A stretch of DNA of 63,450 nt, filler included, from Hausera hauseri (Eukaryota): assembly GCA_046269625.1 (NCBI GenBank). It is 13 parts of 13 records of this genome, joined end to end, with 100 filler letters (N's around TTAATTAATTAA, not from the genome) between each part and the next. Parts side by side here need not be neighbours in the genome. Positions count along the whole stretch, not along the records: positions 23,499 to 27,791 come from JBJURY010652552.1; positions 27,892 to 33,535 come from JBJURY010214966.1; positions 33,636 to 39,346 come from JBJURY010201193.1; 10 more parts are not named here. The stretch is one strand, 5' to 3'. A program made the translations under genes and the position numbers. The notes under the pieces are model-generated. The model saw only the letters and a list, made by a program, of their open reading frames with translations, had not been told where the DNA came from and made no database searches. Below, in pieces: positions 24,900-38,622 of the stretch. Each line of letters begins with the position of its first letter. Positions within the stretch are counted from its first letter, which is position 1.

Positions 24900-27580
24900 T
24901 AGCTAGTAATTCTCAATTCGAAAGTTGAGTAGCGTTGCTCAGCCTAGTTGAATTTTGTGGGAAAAGAATTCAATCGGAGCATTTTTGCCATCGACTGATT
25001 AAGCTCGCGTGGAGCCTGCAGCTATTATGGATGCATCTATCGTTAAAATAAACGGTGCATCTCGTTTCGGACAGTCTGGTATAGTATAGTGTAGCATAGA
25101 GTCTTTTCATAAACAAATGCTTGTTCAGCCTTATTTGTCTGGTTTATCTAAAATTTCTTAGGTCCCTGTCTTAGAGCAAACAGAGGTGACAAGATTTCCG
25201 AGCAGGGGAAATGTAGGGATGGCAGAAATTGATCGTGCCAAGGAAGCTGCGGATTCCAGTCACGGTGGATGGCTTCGGTATTTGTTTGATGGAAGAAGAC
25301 CGTGACCACGTGGTGTTAGTTGAAGTCCGAGAAATACAGCTTCTGTTTTGAGAAATGGACATTTGTTTGTTTTCACCTGTAGGTTGTTTTCATTCAATCA
25401 ATGAAATGTGTGTTGAAGGTGCGTTTTATGAGTCGCTTCATCAGATGATGCAATCAATATGTCATTTATATATGTAATTCCATACGGCATATTTATGAGG
25501 ACTTGGTCGACGTGCTGTTGGAATGTTTGACTTGCATTCTGTAGACCGAATGTCATACATAGGTATTCAATCAATCCAAAAGGCGTTATGACGATTGTTT
25601 TTGGAATGTCATTGGTGGCGACGGGGGTCTAATGCTATGCTCTTTCCAGATAAATTGCGCTGAATATTACTGCGCCGTGTAGGCGATGAAAAATATCAAT
25701 TACCAACGGCGTTGGGTATGAGTCTTTGACGGTGACATTACAAGGCCAGTACGAATCGTTATTTGTGAATGACATGTGCAGTGATGATGCCCATGGCGAT
25801 GTAGAACGGCGTATGATACCTGTTTCTTTTAGGTGTCGAAATTCAGCTTCAACGGATACTCAGTTGACAGGGTTAAGCTCCGTTCGGGGTTGTCGAATTG
25901 GACAATCACATAATGTGACAAGAAAGTATAATGTTATCACACCTTTCTGTGTTGGTTGTGTTGATCGTTTCAACAAGTTTTGGTATTGCAGTTTGGGATT
26001 TGAAGTTTTGATACCAGTGGCAGCGTTTATGGTTGGTGTGAATGCAGGTGGAGGTAGCGGATTGCTCCCGCTGATGAGCTGTTGATTTCGGCAATCGACA
26101 ATTAAATCGTAATGATCTAAGAAATCGGAATAAATAATTGGTTGCGTGACGTTGGCCAATATGAATAACCAAGTGTATGGTCGGTTATGTATACACTTGT
26201 ATAATGTACCTGTGGTTGTCTTTCGTGTGCCGTTGGCAGCTTTGAATGATGCGCGGGAGACCATAGTAGGTCTATGGTATGCGCTAAGTATCAGCGATAA
26301 AGCTGCACCAATGTCGATTAAGAAATCGAGTGTTTTCGGGATGTCAGAGTGTTATGGCTCTGCTCATGACGCAAAATAACATTCTCGACGTGATCGCTAT
26401 TTTTGTGCGGCAGTTGTGGTGATTTGGTTCCCAGCCGACGTGCTGGTGGTCGTCTGGGCTCTTTTACTTTTTAAGGGCTTATTAAATTTGCAGCCGGGTC
26501 GATAGATTTTTGCATCTGTATTAAAATTATCCTGATAAATGCAAGTGTATTGCATTTTTATACTTGCGAACGGTTTGTCTAATAGACAACCATAATAATT
26601 GTGACGATATAATCGAAAACTGAAACTTTGAATTTAAATTAAAAGCAAATTTAAAATTTAAATAGAAACAAACCACAAATTTAATTTAAAAGTTTAGTTT
26701 TAAAAGTTTAATTTAAATTGAGTGTTTCAGTAAATTTCTTTTGAAATGAGAATTTTAAGATAATAATCAAATTTTCAACAACTGGTGTTATCTTTCCAAT
26801 GAGTAATACAAACGGTCAAATTCGGCTTTTGCGGATATATCAGGGGGCGAGAATTTTTCAACCAAACCCAAGCTGGGCAACGAGGTTGACGGAGTGGACG
26901 CGCCCGCTGCTAACAATATTATTTTTTACGGACTAGCAAAATCGTGTATGAAAGTAGCAAATTTATAAAACTTTGCCATTTTAAAAATTTGCTTTCGAAA
27001 TTGACGTCGAGATGACTGTTTGTCCCTGGTCAGCAGATTCTTGTGCGTTACAAGTGCTTGCAGGGCAGCAATAATTGTGTACAACTGATTTTGCTGGGTC
27101 GATGTGACGGAACTGATTTTTCCGCACGTGTGTATATGTGGATGCTTCGGTGTTTTTAGTATACTCATATATTTTATCGCCTTTCGATACCATATGGTTT
27201 AATATGGTATCGGACGGTAGTAACACAAGTGCCTCTTAGATTTTGCTTAATATGTGCTGGTTGTTTTTAAGATCCAATTCAGCGTTGCCAAATCTGGGCG
27301 CAACATTTGAAGCTGAGCACAAGGTTTAATGTTCCTTGTTTGTCGCTTGGTGAATACCAGGTTGAACTGGTCTTGTTGTGATGGCAGATATGCTTTGCAT
27401 ATGGCTTCCTTGATTTTCAAACGGCTTTTCATTTGACAGCAATGTGTAGAGATCCATTACTGCTGCAAGCGTTGTTGGTTGGAGGTATTGTATTAGAGTT
27501 AATGTCAAATTCAGGATGTTCTGACAAGGATGAATTGTTTGCTGACTGAAAATCGTTAATGCGGGAACAACCCTCAAAAT
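24900..27580 (-). mobile_element. Decayed Ty3/Gypsy retrotransposon (Gag, PR, RT, RNase H start)
   Basis: Gag KPCAQLQMLR; protease FLIDIGAALSL and FILANVTQPII..DFL; RT SPWASSLH, PFGLIEYLCMTFGLQNA, YINDILIAS; FLGTINF; IDASIIAAG. Confidence 0.9.
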
Positions 27581-27891
27581 TTGGTGAATTGGAATTCAAC
27601 AGGTGTAACTCTTAAAGATTAATGTCGTTCGTCGAAATGCAAGAAAAAAAATTCTGAAAGTTGTGTTGAAAGAATAAACTAAAATACTCTCTCGTATAAA
27701 GTAGAGTCATCTGATGTTACATTAAAATGTTTGATGACCACGAAACCGAATAAAGAAATGTCAAATTAGAAACAAGAATTGTAGACTAAAGNNNNNNNNN
27801 NNNNNNNNNNNNNNNNNNNNNNNNNNNNNNNNNNNTTAATTAATTAANNNNNNNNNNNNNNNNNNNNNNNNNNNNNNNNNNNNNNNNNNNN

Positions 27892-30283
27892 TCATTCATA
27901 CCGACACCTGCAGCTCTGTAGCAGTCTCTGGCAGTAGTGAATGTAAAAAATAATAACGATGAATACTGTTTTCTTTACAGTATTCTGGTGGTACTGAAAT
28001 ATGACAAAGTGGACAGACATAGTGCATCTTGTCCAAAACAGCGTCAGAAATATTTTTCCGAATTGGATTTCGATGAAAGCTGGATGCCGATGAAACTAAA
28101 ATCCATTTCGGCTTTTGAACGGCATAATCCGACATTGGCAACCAACGTGTTCCTGTACAACACAATAGCAGAAATACCGGCAGATGAAATTTACAAAAAT
28201 CCTCATAGAGATAACCTATCGTAGTCGGAACCCAAATGGCCGCTCAGTAAACTTGCTGCTACTGGAATAAAAAAGAAAAGTACCATTATGTTGCAGTGAC
28301 AAATCTAAACAGACTACTGAACATGGAGCATGACCATTTTTTCCAAAAACGGATATAGTGTAAATGATGTCCTGTATGTCTTCATGGATTCAGGTCGGAA
28401 ACAACATGGGCGAAACATGTAACTCTGTGCAGACAAAATTCGCCAGGAACCAAAATGTATGTTATGCCCGTCAAACAGGAACTCAGGTTCACTGATTGGT
28501 CAAAAACAGACAGTTCGGCATATATAGTATATGCCGACATCGAAGGTATCTTACCACGGCACAATATATATGACCAAAAACATGTTCCAATCGCCGTCGG
28601 TATGTTGGTTGTACCAATAAAAGCCGCAGGTCAACCTCAATATTATGTTTTCCACGGATGGGATTCTGTACGCGATTTCTTGCAGTAGTTGCAAACCATA
28701 GTGGAAACTGAAATCGCACCCTGGTACAGTAGAAATAGCAATAAACCCTTGATGTGGACAGATGAAGATGAACGCCTGATGTTTGCAGTCACAGATGAAT
28801 GTTACCTGTGCCACAAAATATTACCGTTTGACGCACTGGAACGGCTCGTACAGGATCACGATCATTTTACTGGTCAATATCTCGCAGCAGCATGTAATTC
28901 ATGCAATTTGGCAAGGCGTGTGCGGCCATTCTTACCGATGGTATTTCATAACTTCAGGGGTTATGATTGTTACCATATTTTGAAATGGACAATAAATGGA
29001 CTTCCGCACTGGTAACTATCCATAATTTCGACTACGATGGAAAAATACCTGTCACTGTCTGCTCGTATAACCCGGTTCCAGGTACGCTTGCTTAATTCAT
29101 TGCAGTTTCTCAATGAATCATTGCCTTGACAGATTTGCTGATAGCACTAACGCAGTTCCAGCACATATTGCACGCATCAAAGGCATATACCCATATGAAT
29201 TTGAAACATCGTATGAGCGACTCCGGACAGCAGAGGAATTACCGCCGCACTGGATAAGTATCGCAGAGGATGAATACCGGAAAGCACAGAGGTGTTGGAC
29301 AGAACTCGGCTGTAGAAACATGTTAGATTACATGCTCCAGTATCTTAAACTGAACGTGTACTTATTAGCCGATGTGTTCCAACCCTTTCGAGAGAAAGAG
29401 TTGACTTAAGATAGGCTGGAGCCACTGAACTTTTATTCCATACAGGGAATGAGTTGGGCGTCAGCTCTAATATTACTGGATCGAGACACTGAGCTGCTAC
29501 AAAACCCGGAAATGTGTCGGCTGTTTGATGTTGGTATTCGTGGTGACATGACATTTGTCAACAAACATCAGGTCAGTGCTTCCGATACTACATCACTGCT
29601 GTAGACTGATATCAATCTGTACGGCTGGGCGCTTTCGCAACCCTTGCCGTACAATTCATTTGAATGGGTTGTCGACAGACAAGATCTGGGCGACACAATG
29701 GTCAACCTACTACGATCAGACATGGCAGACTCAGTCGGATACCTGATGCAAGTCGATCTCGTGATACCAGATGAGCTGCATGACGTTTTGGACGATTTAC
29801 CGGTCGCACCATTTAACCAATGTTCGCCAGGCTCAAAAATGAAGAAACTGCTCACGACGCATGAACCGAAGCTGAATTACATGGTCCATTGGCGTCTGCT
29901 ACAGTTCTACATGCAGCTCGGTGTACACGTCACACAGGTGCATCGTGCAATCCGATTTGCTCAGGCTCCAATATTGAAGGTGTGCATAGATGGAAATTCA
30001 GAGAAACGAGCCGCAGCTTGTGCAAATTTCGAAAAGGACTACTACAAGCTGAAAAATAATTCTCTGTACGGAAAAACAGTGAAGTATCTGAAAAAGCGGC
30101 TAAATGTACGCATATGCAATAGCGAAAAGCGGTTGGTCACGTACACGAGCAAGTCACTTTGTACACGTTGGTCACGTACAAACACGTATACACAAGATAT
30201 CGACCGTCATGTCAGGTGGTCAATGCACATTGCCTATGGATTGGTTGCGGTGCTGTTAAACAGAGAATAAATCGTTCTGGAAC
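27892..30283 (+). pseudogene. Polinton/adintovirus-type protein-primed family B DNA polymerase (with endonuclease VII-like insert), copy A, 3'-truncated
   Basis: NVKNNNDEYCFLYSIL; ExoI VYADIE; EndoVII-like DHDHFTGQYLAAACNSCNL; ExoII FHNFRGYD; KGIYPYE; motif A region NLYGWALSQPLP; motif B KLKNNSLYGKT; many stops. Confidence 0.9.
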
Positions 30284-33282
30284 CGCCGAAACTGCGCCTT
30301 GCTGGTGTATATAACCAGACACTTTTCACTGTTGCACAGGCGCATATTGAGCCGCTTTTCAGATTTTTCACCGTTTTTCCGTACAGAGAACTGTTTTTCA
30401 TCTTGTAATAGTCATTTTCGAACGTTGTACAAGCTTCGGCTCCTTTCTGTGAATTTCCATAAATGTACGCCTTAAATATAACCTATTAATTGAATCGGAT
30501 AGCGCGATGTAATTGTGCATTGTGTACACCGCACTGCATGTAAAATTGCAGCAGACGCCAATGAACTACGTAATTCAGCTTGGGTTCATGCATCATAAGC
30601 AGCTTCTTCTCCTTTGAGCTCGGCGGACATTGGCTGATTGTTGCGACTGGTAATTTGTCCAAAACGTCGTGCAGCTCATCTGGCACTACGAGATCGACTT
30701 CCATCATATAGCTGATTGAGCTGTTTAATGCCGTAACTGCTTTCGAAAGATTTTCCATTATGTCGTACAGTTCTTGTCTGTAGACTATCCATTCGAATGA
30801 ACCGTACGGCAAGGGTTGTGAATGTCCCAGCCGTACAGGTTATTAATATCAATATACAACACTGACGTTGTATCATCACTGGTTACGTTATCATTGTTGA
30901 CAAACGTCATGCCGCCACAAATACCAACATCGAACAATCGGTATATTTCCGGGACTTGCAATAGCTCAATGTCCCGATTTAGTGACATTAGTGCTGACGC
31001 CCAACTCATTCCCGGTATAGAGTAGCTCGAAATGTCTGGAACACGACGGCTAATATGTACACGTCCTGTTTCAGATACTGGAGCATGTACTCCAACAAGT
31101 TTTTTGCACCTGAGCTCTGTTCAGCATCCCTGTACTTTCTGCCATTCCACTTTTGTTATAGCAGAGCATTGCGGCGGCAATTCTTCTGTCATCTGAAGTG
31201 GCTCGTACGATATCGCAAAGTCATACGGGAATATGCCTTTGCTACGTGCAGTATGTGTGGGGAACTGAGTTGACGTTATCAGCATATATAGTAAGGCATA
31301 TACTAACTTTGCCAGTGATTAATTGAAAAGTTGCAATGAATCAAGGAATCGTACCTGGAACCTGTTTATACTAGCAAACAAGGACAGGTACTTCTCCATT
31401 GTTGTCGGGATTACTGATAGTTTCCAGTGAGGAAATCCATTAATGGCCCACTTTCAGATCTGCTGACTGTCATAATTTCTGAAATTATGAAAGATAATCG
31501 GCAGGAATGATCGCACAGGCCTTGCTAAATTGCATGAATTACATGCTGCGCTCAAGTATCGATCGGTAAAATGATCATGGTCCGGTACGAGTCGTTCCTG
31601 TGCACCAAACGACAATATTTTGTAGCACAAATAGCATTCATTGGTGGTAGCGAAAAGCAACGGTTCATATTCGTCTGTCCAAATCAATGGCTTATTGCAA
31701 TTGTTGCGATACCACGGTTCGATTTCCGTTTCTACTATTGCTTCCAACTGGTGCAGGTAATCGTGTATACAGTTCCAACTGTGAAACGTGTAATACCATG
31801 GCTGTCCTGCGGCTTTTATTGGTACAACTAACATACCGACGGCGATCGGAACATATTTTTGGTCGTATATATTGTGCCGTGGTAGGATTTCCTCGATATC
31901 TGTATACACCACATATGCCGGACTGTCCGTTTTCGACCAGTCACTGAATCAGATCTCCTTTTTGACTGGTATGACGTACATTTTTGTTCCTGAGCAATGT
32001 TGTCTGCATAGCGTCACACGTTTGTCCCATGCTGTTTCTGACTAGAAACCATGCAAACATATAAGACACCATTTACATCGTATTTGTTTCTGGATGAACT
32101 GATCATGGGTCATGTTCAATAATCTGTCCGAATTTGTCACTGCCACATAATATTTTTCCTTTCTCTCTAACAATAATAAATATATTTGGCGTCCATTTGG
32201 GTTCCCACTTCGGTAAATTATGTCCACATGTGGGTTCTTGTAAATTTCTTCATCCGTCGGTATTTCTATTATTGTATTATACCGGAACACGTTTACTGAC
32301 AGTGTCGGATTACGCCGTTCAAATGTCGGAATTAGTTTCAATTTCATCGGTATCCAATCTTCGTCAAATTGCAATTCGGTGAAATACTGTCCATACTGAT
32401 TTGGACGATTTGCATTGTGCCTGTTCACTTCGCTTTACTTTAATACTGCCAGAATACTGTAAAGGAAACAGTATTCATCATTATTTTGTACATTCACTAC
32501 CGCACAAGACTGCTTCAGAGCTGCAGGTGTCGGTATGAATGACCGGCCAGACAAGTAAATTATGTCATTCGACTTTGTAATGATAAAGCCGAAAGTGACA
32601 ATTTTTATAATTTGCTATTCACTACCCTTTTCGGTGTAGTTGACAATTTTTCATCTAGCTTTTCGCCTACCTCTGTGATAAAGTCTTCTGAATACTGCAC
32701 GGTTGGATGTGGCAGGTACCACTGTTTCCTGTTACCTTGTAGATTGTCGAATTCTGAAAGTGCGTAATACTTCAATTTACAGTGTTGCTGTTGATGTTGG
32801 AATTTCTTCACTTCAGATTCCAACCGGTGGCTTACACTGGACGGTACATGCCTCAATTCTGTTTTGTTCATGCTGACGTACAATCTGTTCAGAGCGTATT
32901 TAACAATAATGTCGGATTCCTGCTGCTGTTGTTTCTGTTCTTCTTCTTGCTGCTCGGTACTGGTTCGGGTGTATTCGTCAAGACTTATTGAGGCCTTACG
33001 TTTCCTACTGGTTGTTGAGAGGATGCTGCTTTTTGTTGCATCCATTAGTACTTGTTTTTTCGACCGCTTAAACTGGTTTAAGTGGTTTTTGTGCTCGTTG
33101 AAAAATTGTACATAGTTAATTTGTTCATTAAGTATTGAACAACCGGGGAAAATATAGGCCCGTTTACCGTGCGCCGTTGTGACGCTATTGTATTGTTCTA
33201 TTCTATTATGGCAATCATCAACGTCATACACCTTACCACTAGTGCAATACTGTGGACATGTAGGGCAATGCACAGTCATCAT
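30284..33282 (-). pseudogene. Polinton/adintovirus-type pPolB, copy B (with N-terminus), convergent with copy A, 3'-truncated
   Basis: Same motifs on the minus strand: SFIPTPAAL, CFLYSILAVL, VYTDIE, DHDHFTDRYLSAACNSCNL, FHNFRNYD, LYIDINNLYGW, SLYGKT. Confidence 0.9.
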
Positions 33283-33635
33283 TTACTTGGACCGAGTAAA
33301 CGAGCCAAGATGATGCTTGTGCTTCGTACAAAAATTGGATATGGACACTGAGTTGGAATATTACACGCCAGACAGAAATGTGTCCTTTGCCACGTTGTAA
33401 TAGTTCTCTATTTGCTGGTGACGTCAAATCGCAAATTACAAGTTAAATAAATTAAAATACAGAAAATCGTAAAATACATTAAACATTATCCAGGTGGTCT
33501 GAATAACTGCTTACTCTGTTATAAACATATATTCANNNNNNNNNNNNNNNNNNNNNNNNNNNNNNNNNNNNNNNNNNNNTTAATTAATTAANNNNNNNNN
33601 NNNNNNNNNNNNNNNNNNNNNNNNNNNNNNNNNNN

Positions 33636-34269
33636 ACAACCTTCATCATTGGAACACATATCAAACAAAGTCAACGGTATAAAAACCTACGACAAACCAA
33701 GAACGAAATTTCGATCAATAGACTCAAAAGACGAAACCATATCAGTAAATACAACCAATGACAATTCCGACGATGATACAACAAATTTACCCAGTGAAGC
33801 AGCATCAACCGTCATGAAGGACGAAATGATAAAAACAGAACCATTGTCCGTACCGGCATTAAATTCGTCCATTCTATCACTATGGCAACAACAGGCATCG
33901 GATATAAATTCCATGAGCGCAATCAATTGGAGTCAGGCTATAATAGCTGCCCAATTAGCCCTACTCCAGTACCATTCGTTATCGTGTCTGGGACAAACCC
34001 TATGGCCTGGTCAGGTACATACATTAATTGAACATGGCGATAATGTCGATGTAACAACGGATGAGATAGATAAACAACAAAATTGCGGGAAATCCAATCA
34101 AATGACTTGCCGACCAATTGTTTATATTGGCAACAATCAATGGCAATTAAAGACGCAGAATTATGTTTACCCTACAACAAATGGCTGTGAAAAATCTATT
34201 GTTAATCTGGCACAGACAAATGGTAACCAAGTGACACAGACAGTTGTTACAACTTCTATGTCAGAATAA
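33636..34269 (+). CDS. 3' end of an unidentified host gene (low-complexity S/T/Q-rich C-terminus)
   Basis: Open frame from the contig start to TAA at 34269 (over 200 codons); no recognisable domain. Confidence 0.5.
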
Positions 34270-34958
34270 AGGAGGAGAAAATTGTATAGCTTATTTAACA
34301 ACCTATTCCTCTGTGTGCGTGTGCTTTTTGATTTTATCTGTTGTACTATAAATCTACATCATGACTACTGTCTATGATTTTGATAGGCAGTTGTTGTCCA
34401 TGAAATTTCAATTATAACTTTTTTATTTCTCTGATGAACTTATTTTCCCCCCAACTGATTGGCTATTACGATCATTTCACTAAAATTTTCCCACAACCCC
34501 CCCCCCTAGAAAATGATGTTGGGCAAAGAGGTTTGGACCAGGTAATACCGATAGCGCGTGATGAAGTGAGCAAAAGTTAATAGCCGTGCGACTTACAGAA
34601 ATGTAATGGAGTGGCGCTAGAAGAGGAAGAATCAAAACAGGAAATGCTCCACGCGTAACGAGAAACGTGCTGCTAGCACTGAGAAAATGTGTACAAAGGG
34701 TATATCGGTGTTGTCGAATCCAATGGACACGGTTGGAACTTAATCAGACCATGGGAACATGGGAAACCTATGGAAAAAATTCAAACGGCTAAAATTTCTC
34801 CTTACACAAGTCAAACGGCAGTGGAAATGGGTTGAGCTCATAGCCCATCAGCAGTTGAGTATTTCATATTATAGCCGCCTCACGATCAGACCAAAGGATC
34901 CGGGTGAAAAATGCAACCGAACGAACAAACGAACCGAAAAAACGCATTGTTATAAGTG

Positions 34959-37461
34959 TCCGTCTACTTTAAAACTTTATCTTTAAGCGGTATGCATAGT
35001 CATTACTTCGGTGACAATAGAGGTAACTTTTACCATGAATTATATGAACTCAATAAATGCATGATTTCTGAAAAGGTACAACAACTAATTCTATGCAAGA
35101 ACATGCAGCTTATCCAAGATAGCGCTGATCCCCAAGTATGAAGCAGGACCACAGCATATCTGGGTAGTAAAAATATACGATCGTTGACATAGCCGCCTAA
35201 TGTCCCGATTGGAATCTGTGTAACGAGCATATTTTCCAACACAGAAGCATTAAGAAAAGGATACTTTGACAAAAATGAAGCTATTGCAACATTTCTAAAC
35301 AATGAATCGCGTCCGTTTACTGTCAAAAGAATGACTACTGTTCAATACAAAATGCAGTTTTAATATGTAACAGATAGTGCAGATTAGTAGAAACAATTTG
35401 CATTATTCTATAAGAATGATAACAAATTTTGCCTGGAACAAAACACAATGAACATCAACAAATTTTATCGGTATGAATAGTTTGCCTCTTTATGCACTTT
35501 CATATCTGTCCTGAATTTAAGAAATCCGGTTTATATTCGAACACCCTCGTATTAATTTTTCTGCGATTTCTTTTATCACTCATGTAACCTGATTCAACAG
35601 TGTTCGCGAATTTCGCTAAATTAATTGTAGAATATAGCATACTAATAAGAACCAGCACCTTATTTCTAGTCAGGGTTTTACAAGTTCTATAGGTTCACAA
35701 GTATAAAATGCTATGCTGATTAATAATATGAAAAAATGTTTACAAACAAAACTTCTAAACTTTACGTCATTTCCCACTTCTTCAATTTCCCCTAATAAAC
35801 AGAGGACTTTTGAAATATTTTCAACCGTTTTTTTTCCAATTTGTCATCCATGATATGTCCAAGTAGAATGCAATCATCTAATTGTTAGTCACATGAAAAT
35901 GTTTCTTCCTTCTACATAGGTTTTAGTGATACACATTTGAACAATGACATGTTAATAGCCAAATATTAGACGGATATTTATTAGGTCGACAATACGTCTA
36001 GAAAACATAATTTGTCAAATATTAATGGTCGAAAAAAGTGCAAAAATGTTGTTAATTCTCAAAATTCTTCTGCATGTTTGGGGAAATTTGAAAGATGAAA
36101 AAACGAAGTAACACTAATGAAGTAATATTAAACAGCATAAAATTTTGTACTTGTCGAACCTGTTGATCTTGTAAAACTCCGGTTAGCAGTAAGTTAATTG
36201 TTTCATAAATTTGGAGGACTGTCGTAAAATTTAGAGAAGGCTGTAATTAAACATGTCATAAAGTTTACATCATGAAATATAATTATAAGTATAATTAGAG
36301 ACTTCACAAAGAATACAATGTCGCTTCAATAGACGTATGCCAAGAAAACCCCAAAAACTATTACTTGACACTAAACAAAATTCAATTAATTAAAACAATT
36401 ATATTGCAACTCTAATAAGATTTGCCATTTTTTGAAAATTTGAGTCAGGCTAAAAACAAATTCCAGAAAATTCCACTATCACTAAGCCCGGGTAGTATGG
36501 TGTTATTATTAGAAAAATTCGAATGATAATATTTTTAATATAAAAAATTGAGTTAGAAGTGCTACGGAATTGAAGGAATTCAAACAGACAACCAGTGAGA
36601 AAATCGTTCGTTATTTTTGTTATGATGAATTTTCATACTGAATAAACATTTCGCTCATATTAAAGATAGTGATTGATACAATTCGTGAATTATGGTTTAT
36701 CGTTTATCGGTTACAGTAACAGTAAGTTGAAAACATTCGGAATCAATCAAAATCATTGATTAATTCATAAAATAGTTACAATTATATTTATGTATTAAAA
36801 ATGTCAGATTTTGTTAGTGTAAGTAATCACTCGACAAAGGGAAATTAATTGAATTAAAAATAAGAACATAGAAAACATGCGGATGATCGTGCAGTTAGCA
36901 TTCTACAATTTTACAATTAAAATCAATTAAGAAAAGACGCTGAAATATCGGCATATCCGTGGAGTAAATTATAATAAATACACAATAGATATTTCTTTAA
37001 TAAATGACTGATAAATATTATGTGAGAATGATTTTTGATGCACATAGAATTCATTATGGATATAAATTGAAAATATTTATTTTCTTAACATTGTACTATG
37101 GAGTTTCAGGCAAAAATTAAACGATGTTTCAAATATGTAAACACACTGGACTGTGTAGCACATTCAGTACCCATTTGTTAAAAGTGCACATGATCTTTAA
37201 AATAAAATAATATTTCAATGTTTCCAAAATTTTGAGATTGAGACAACCAAGTTATCAATTATGCTAATTTCAAATCCGGAGTTTATTTTTAAAGTATGTT
37301 TGCGTTCATGAAAAGCTTCACTTAAATATCAGTGGAAAACAAAGCTATACGTTACTAATACCTTGAAATAAACAAGAGATTCAGAATCAGCACGGTCAAA
37401 AACCTATGCAGAACAAATGAGTACGCATACCGCTTAAGGATAAAGTCTTAAAGTAGACGGA
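34959..37461. mobile_element. 2.5-kb segment bounded by 46-bp inverted repeats, containing a mariner-like transposase remnant
   Basis: 34959-35004 and the reverse complement of 37416-37461 differ at 4 positions. Inside on the + strand: LIQDSADPQV*SRTTAYL...LT*PPN. Confidence 0.55.
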
Positions 37462-37789
37462 AAAATTTATTGTTTGGAACCTCAGCTCTGTGTGGCATAG
37501 TAGAAAGTCATTACGATGAGTCATACTGACTTTGAGTCTCTTATTGCCATTGTTAGTAGATCGCGTATCTACCATTCCGACCTCAACGTCATTAATTGAT
37601 TGTAAGATTGAATTATGCATTAGAAATTTATTATAAAAGTTTGATTAACAATTATCTCCTTCACTCATTAAATGAGTCTTATTTTCATCCTTTTTTGAAT
37701 TTCTCGACTTTATATTGGCTATTTATTGAATTGACTTTGAATTAAATTTAAACATTAATATTCGTTAAAATTCCTCCTCACGGTATTAA

Positions 37790-38622
37790 AGAAGCTCAAA
37801 TGTCGTCCATACAAAATGAGAGAGTGTCAGGAACTTACTCCTAAAATACAAATGAAACTTGAAAGATGCCAAGCTCTTACGCAATCAGACTATCTCAAAA
37901 ATTTGAATAACATTTTGTTCACAGATGAAAATCTTTTCACTTTAGAACAATTCTTTAATCTGCAAAATGACAACATACGGGCAACAAGCCAATCAAAAGA
38001 GAAAGCAATAGTTGGCCGAATCCAAAAACCTCTGTCTATTATGACATCGGCAGGCATCACTAATACATCAAAAACACCTCTGATGTTCATAGACGATGGT
38101 GTAAAAAGAAATCAAGTGGTATATCAACGAATGTTAAATGATTCTGTTCTACCGTGGGAAAATGCTATATTTGGTGCTAGTAACTGGATATTTCAACAAG
38201 ATTCTGCTCCAATACATAGAGCAAAATTAACACAAAAATGGATACAAGAACATTTTCCATCTTTCATCACTGCTAAAAAATAATCACCTTACTCACTAGA
38301 CCAAAACCCTATGGACTTTTTCATTTGGAAAATTTTACAGCAGAAAGCAAACGTCACAAAAGTTTGAAGTCATTAAAAGCGTCACTTCAAAAAGCGTGGA
38401 ATGAAGTTGACGAAAATACATTGAGAAGAGTTACATCAAAGTTCTCAAAGTTCTAAGATGCTTGTATTCAAGCAAACGGTGGTTATATTGAATAATTTTT
38501 TTGTAAATTTATTTGAATAAAACGTTTATTATTTTATCATTTAGCTTATTAACATGCTATTTTACTTATATTTTTATAAAACTATTTTTTGAAGTGGTTC
38601 AATTTAAAATTGTTACCCTGTA
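37790..38622 (+). mobile_element. maT-type (DD37D) Tc1/mariner transposase remnant with 3' end CCCTG|TA
   Basis: ILFTDENLFTLEQFFNLQND; FQQDSAPIH followed 37 residues later by the D of NPMD; one stop before SPYSLDQNPMD. Confidence 0.9.
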
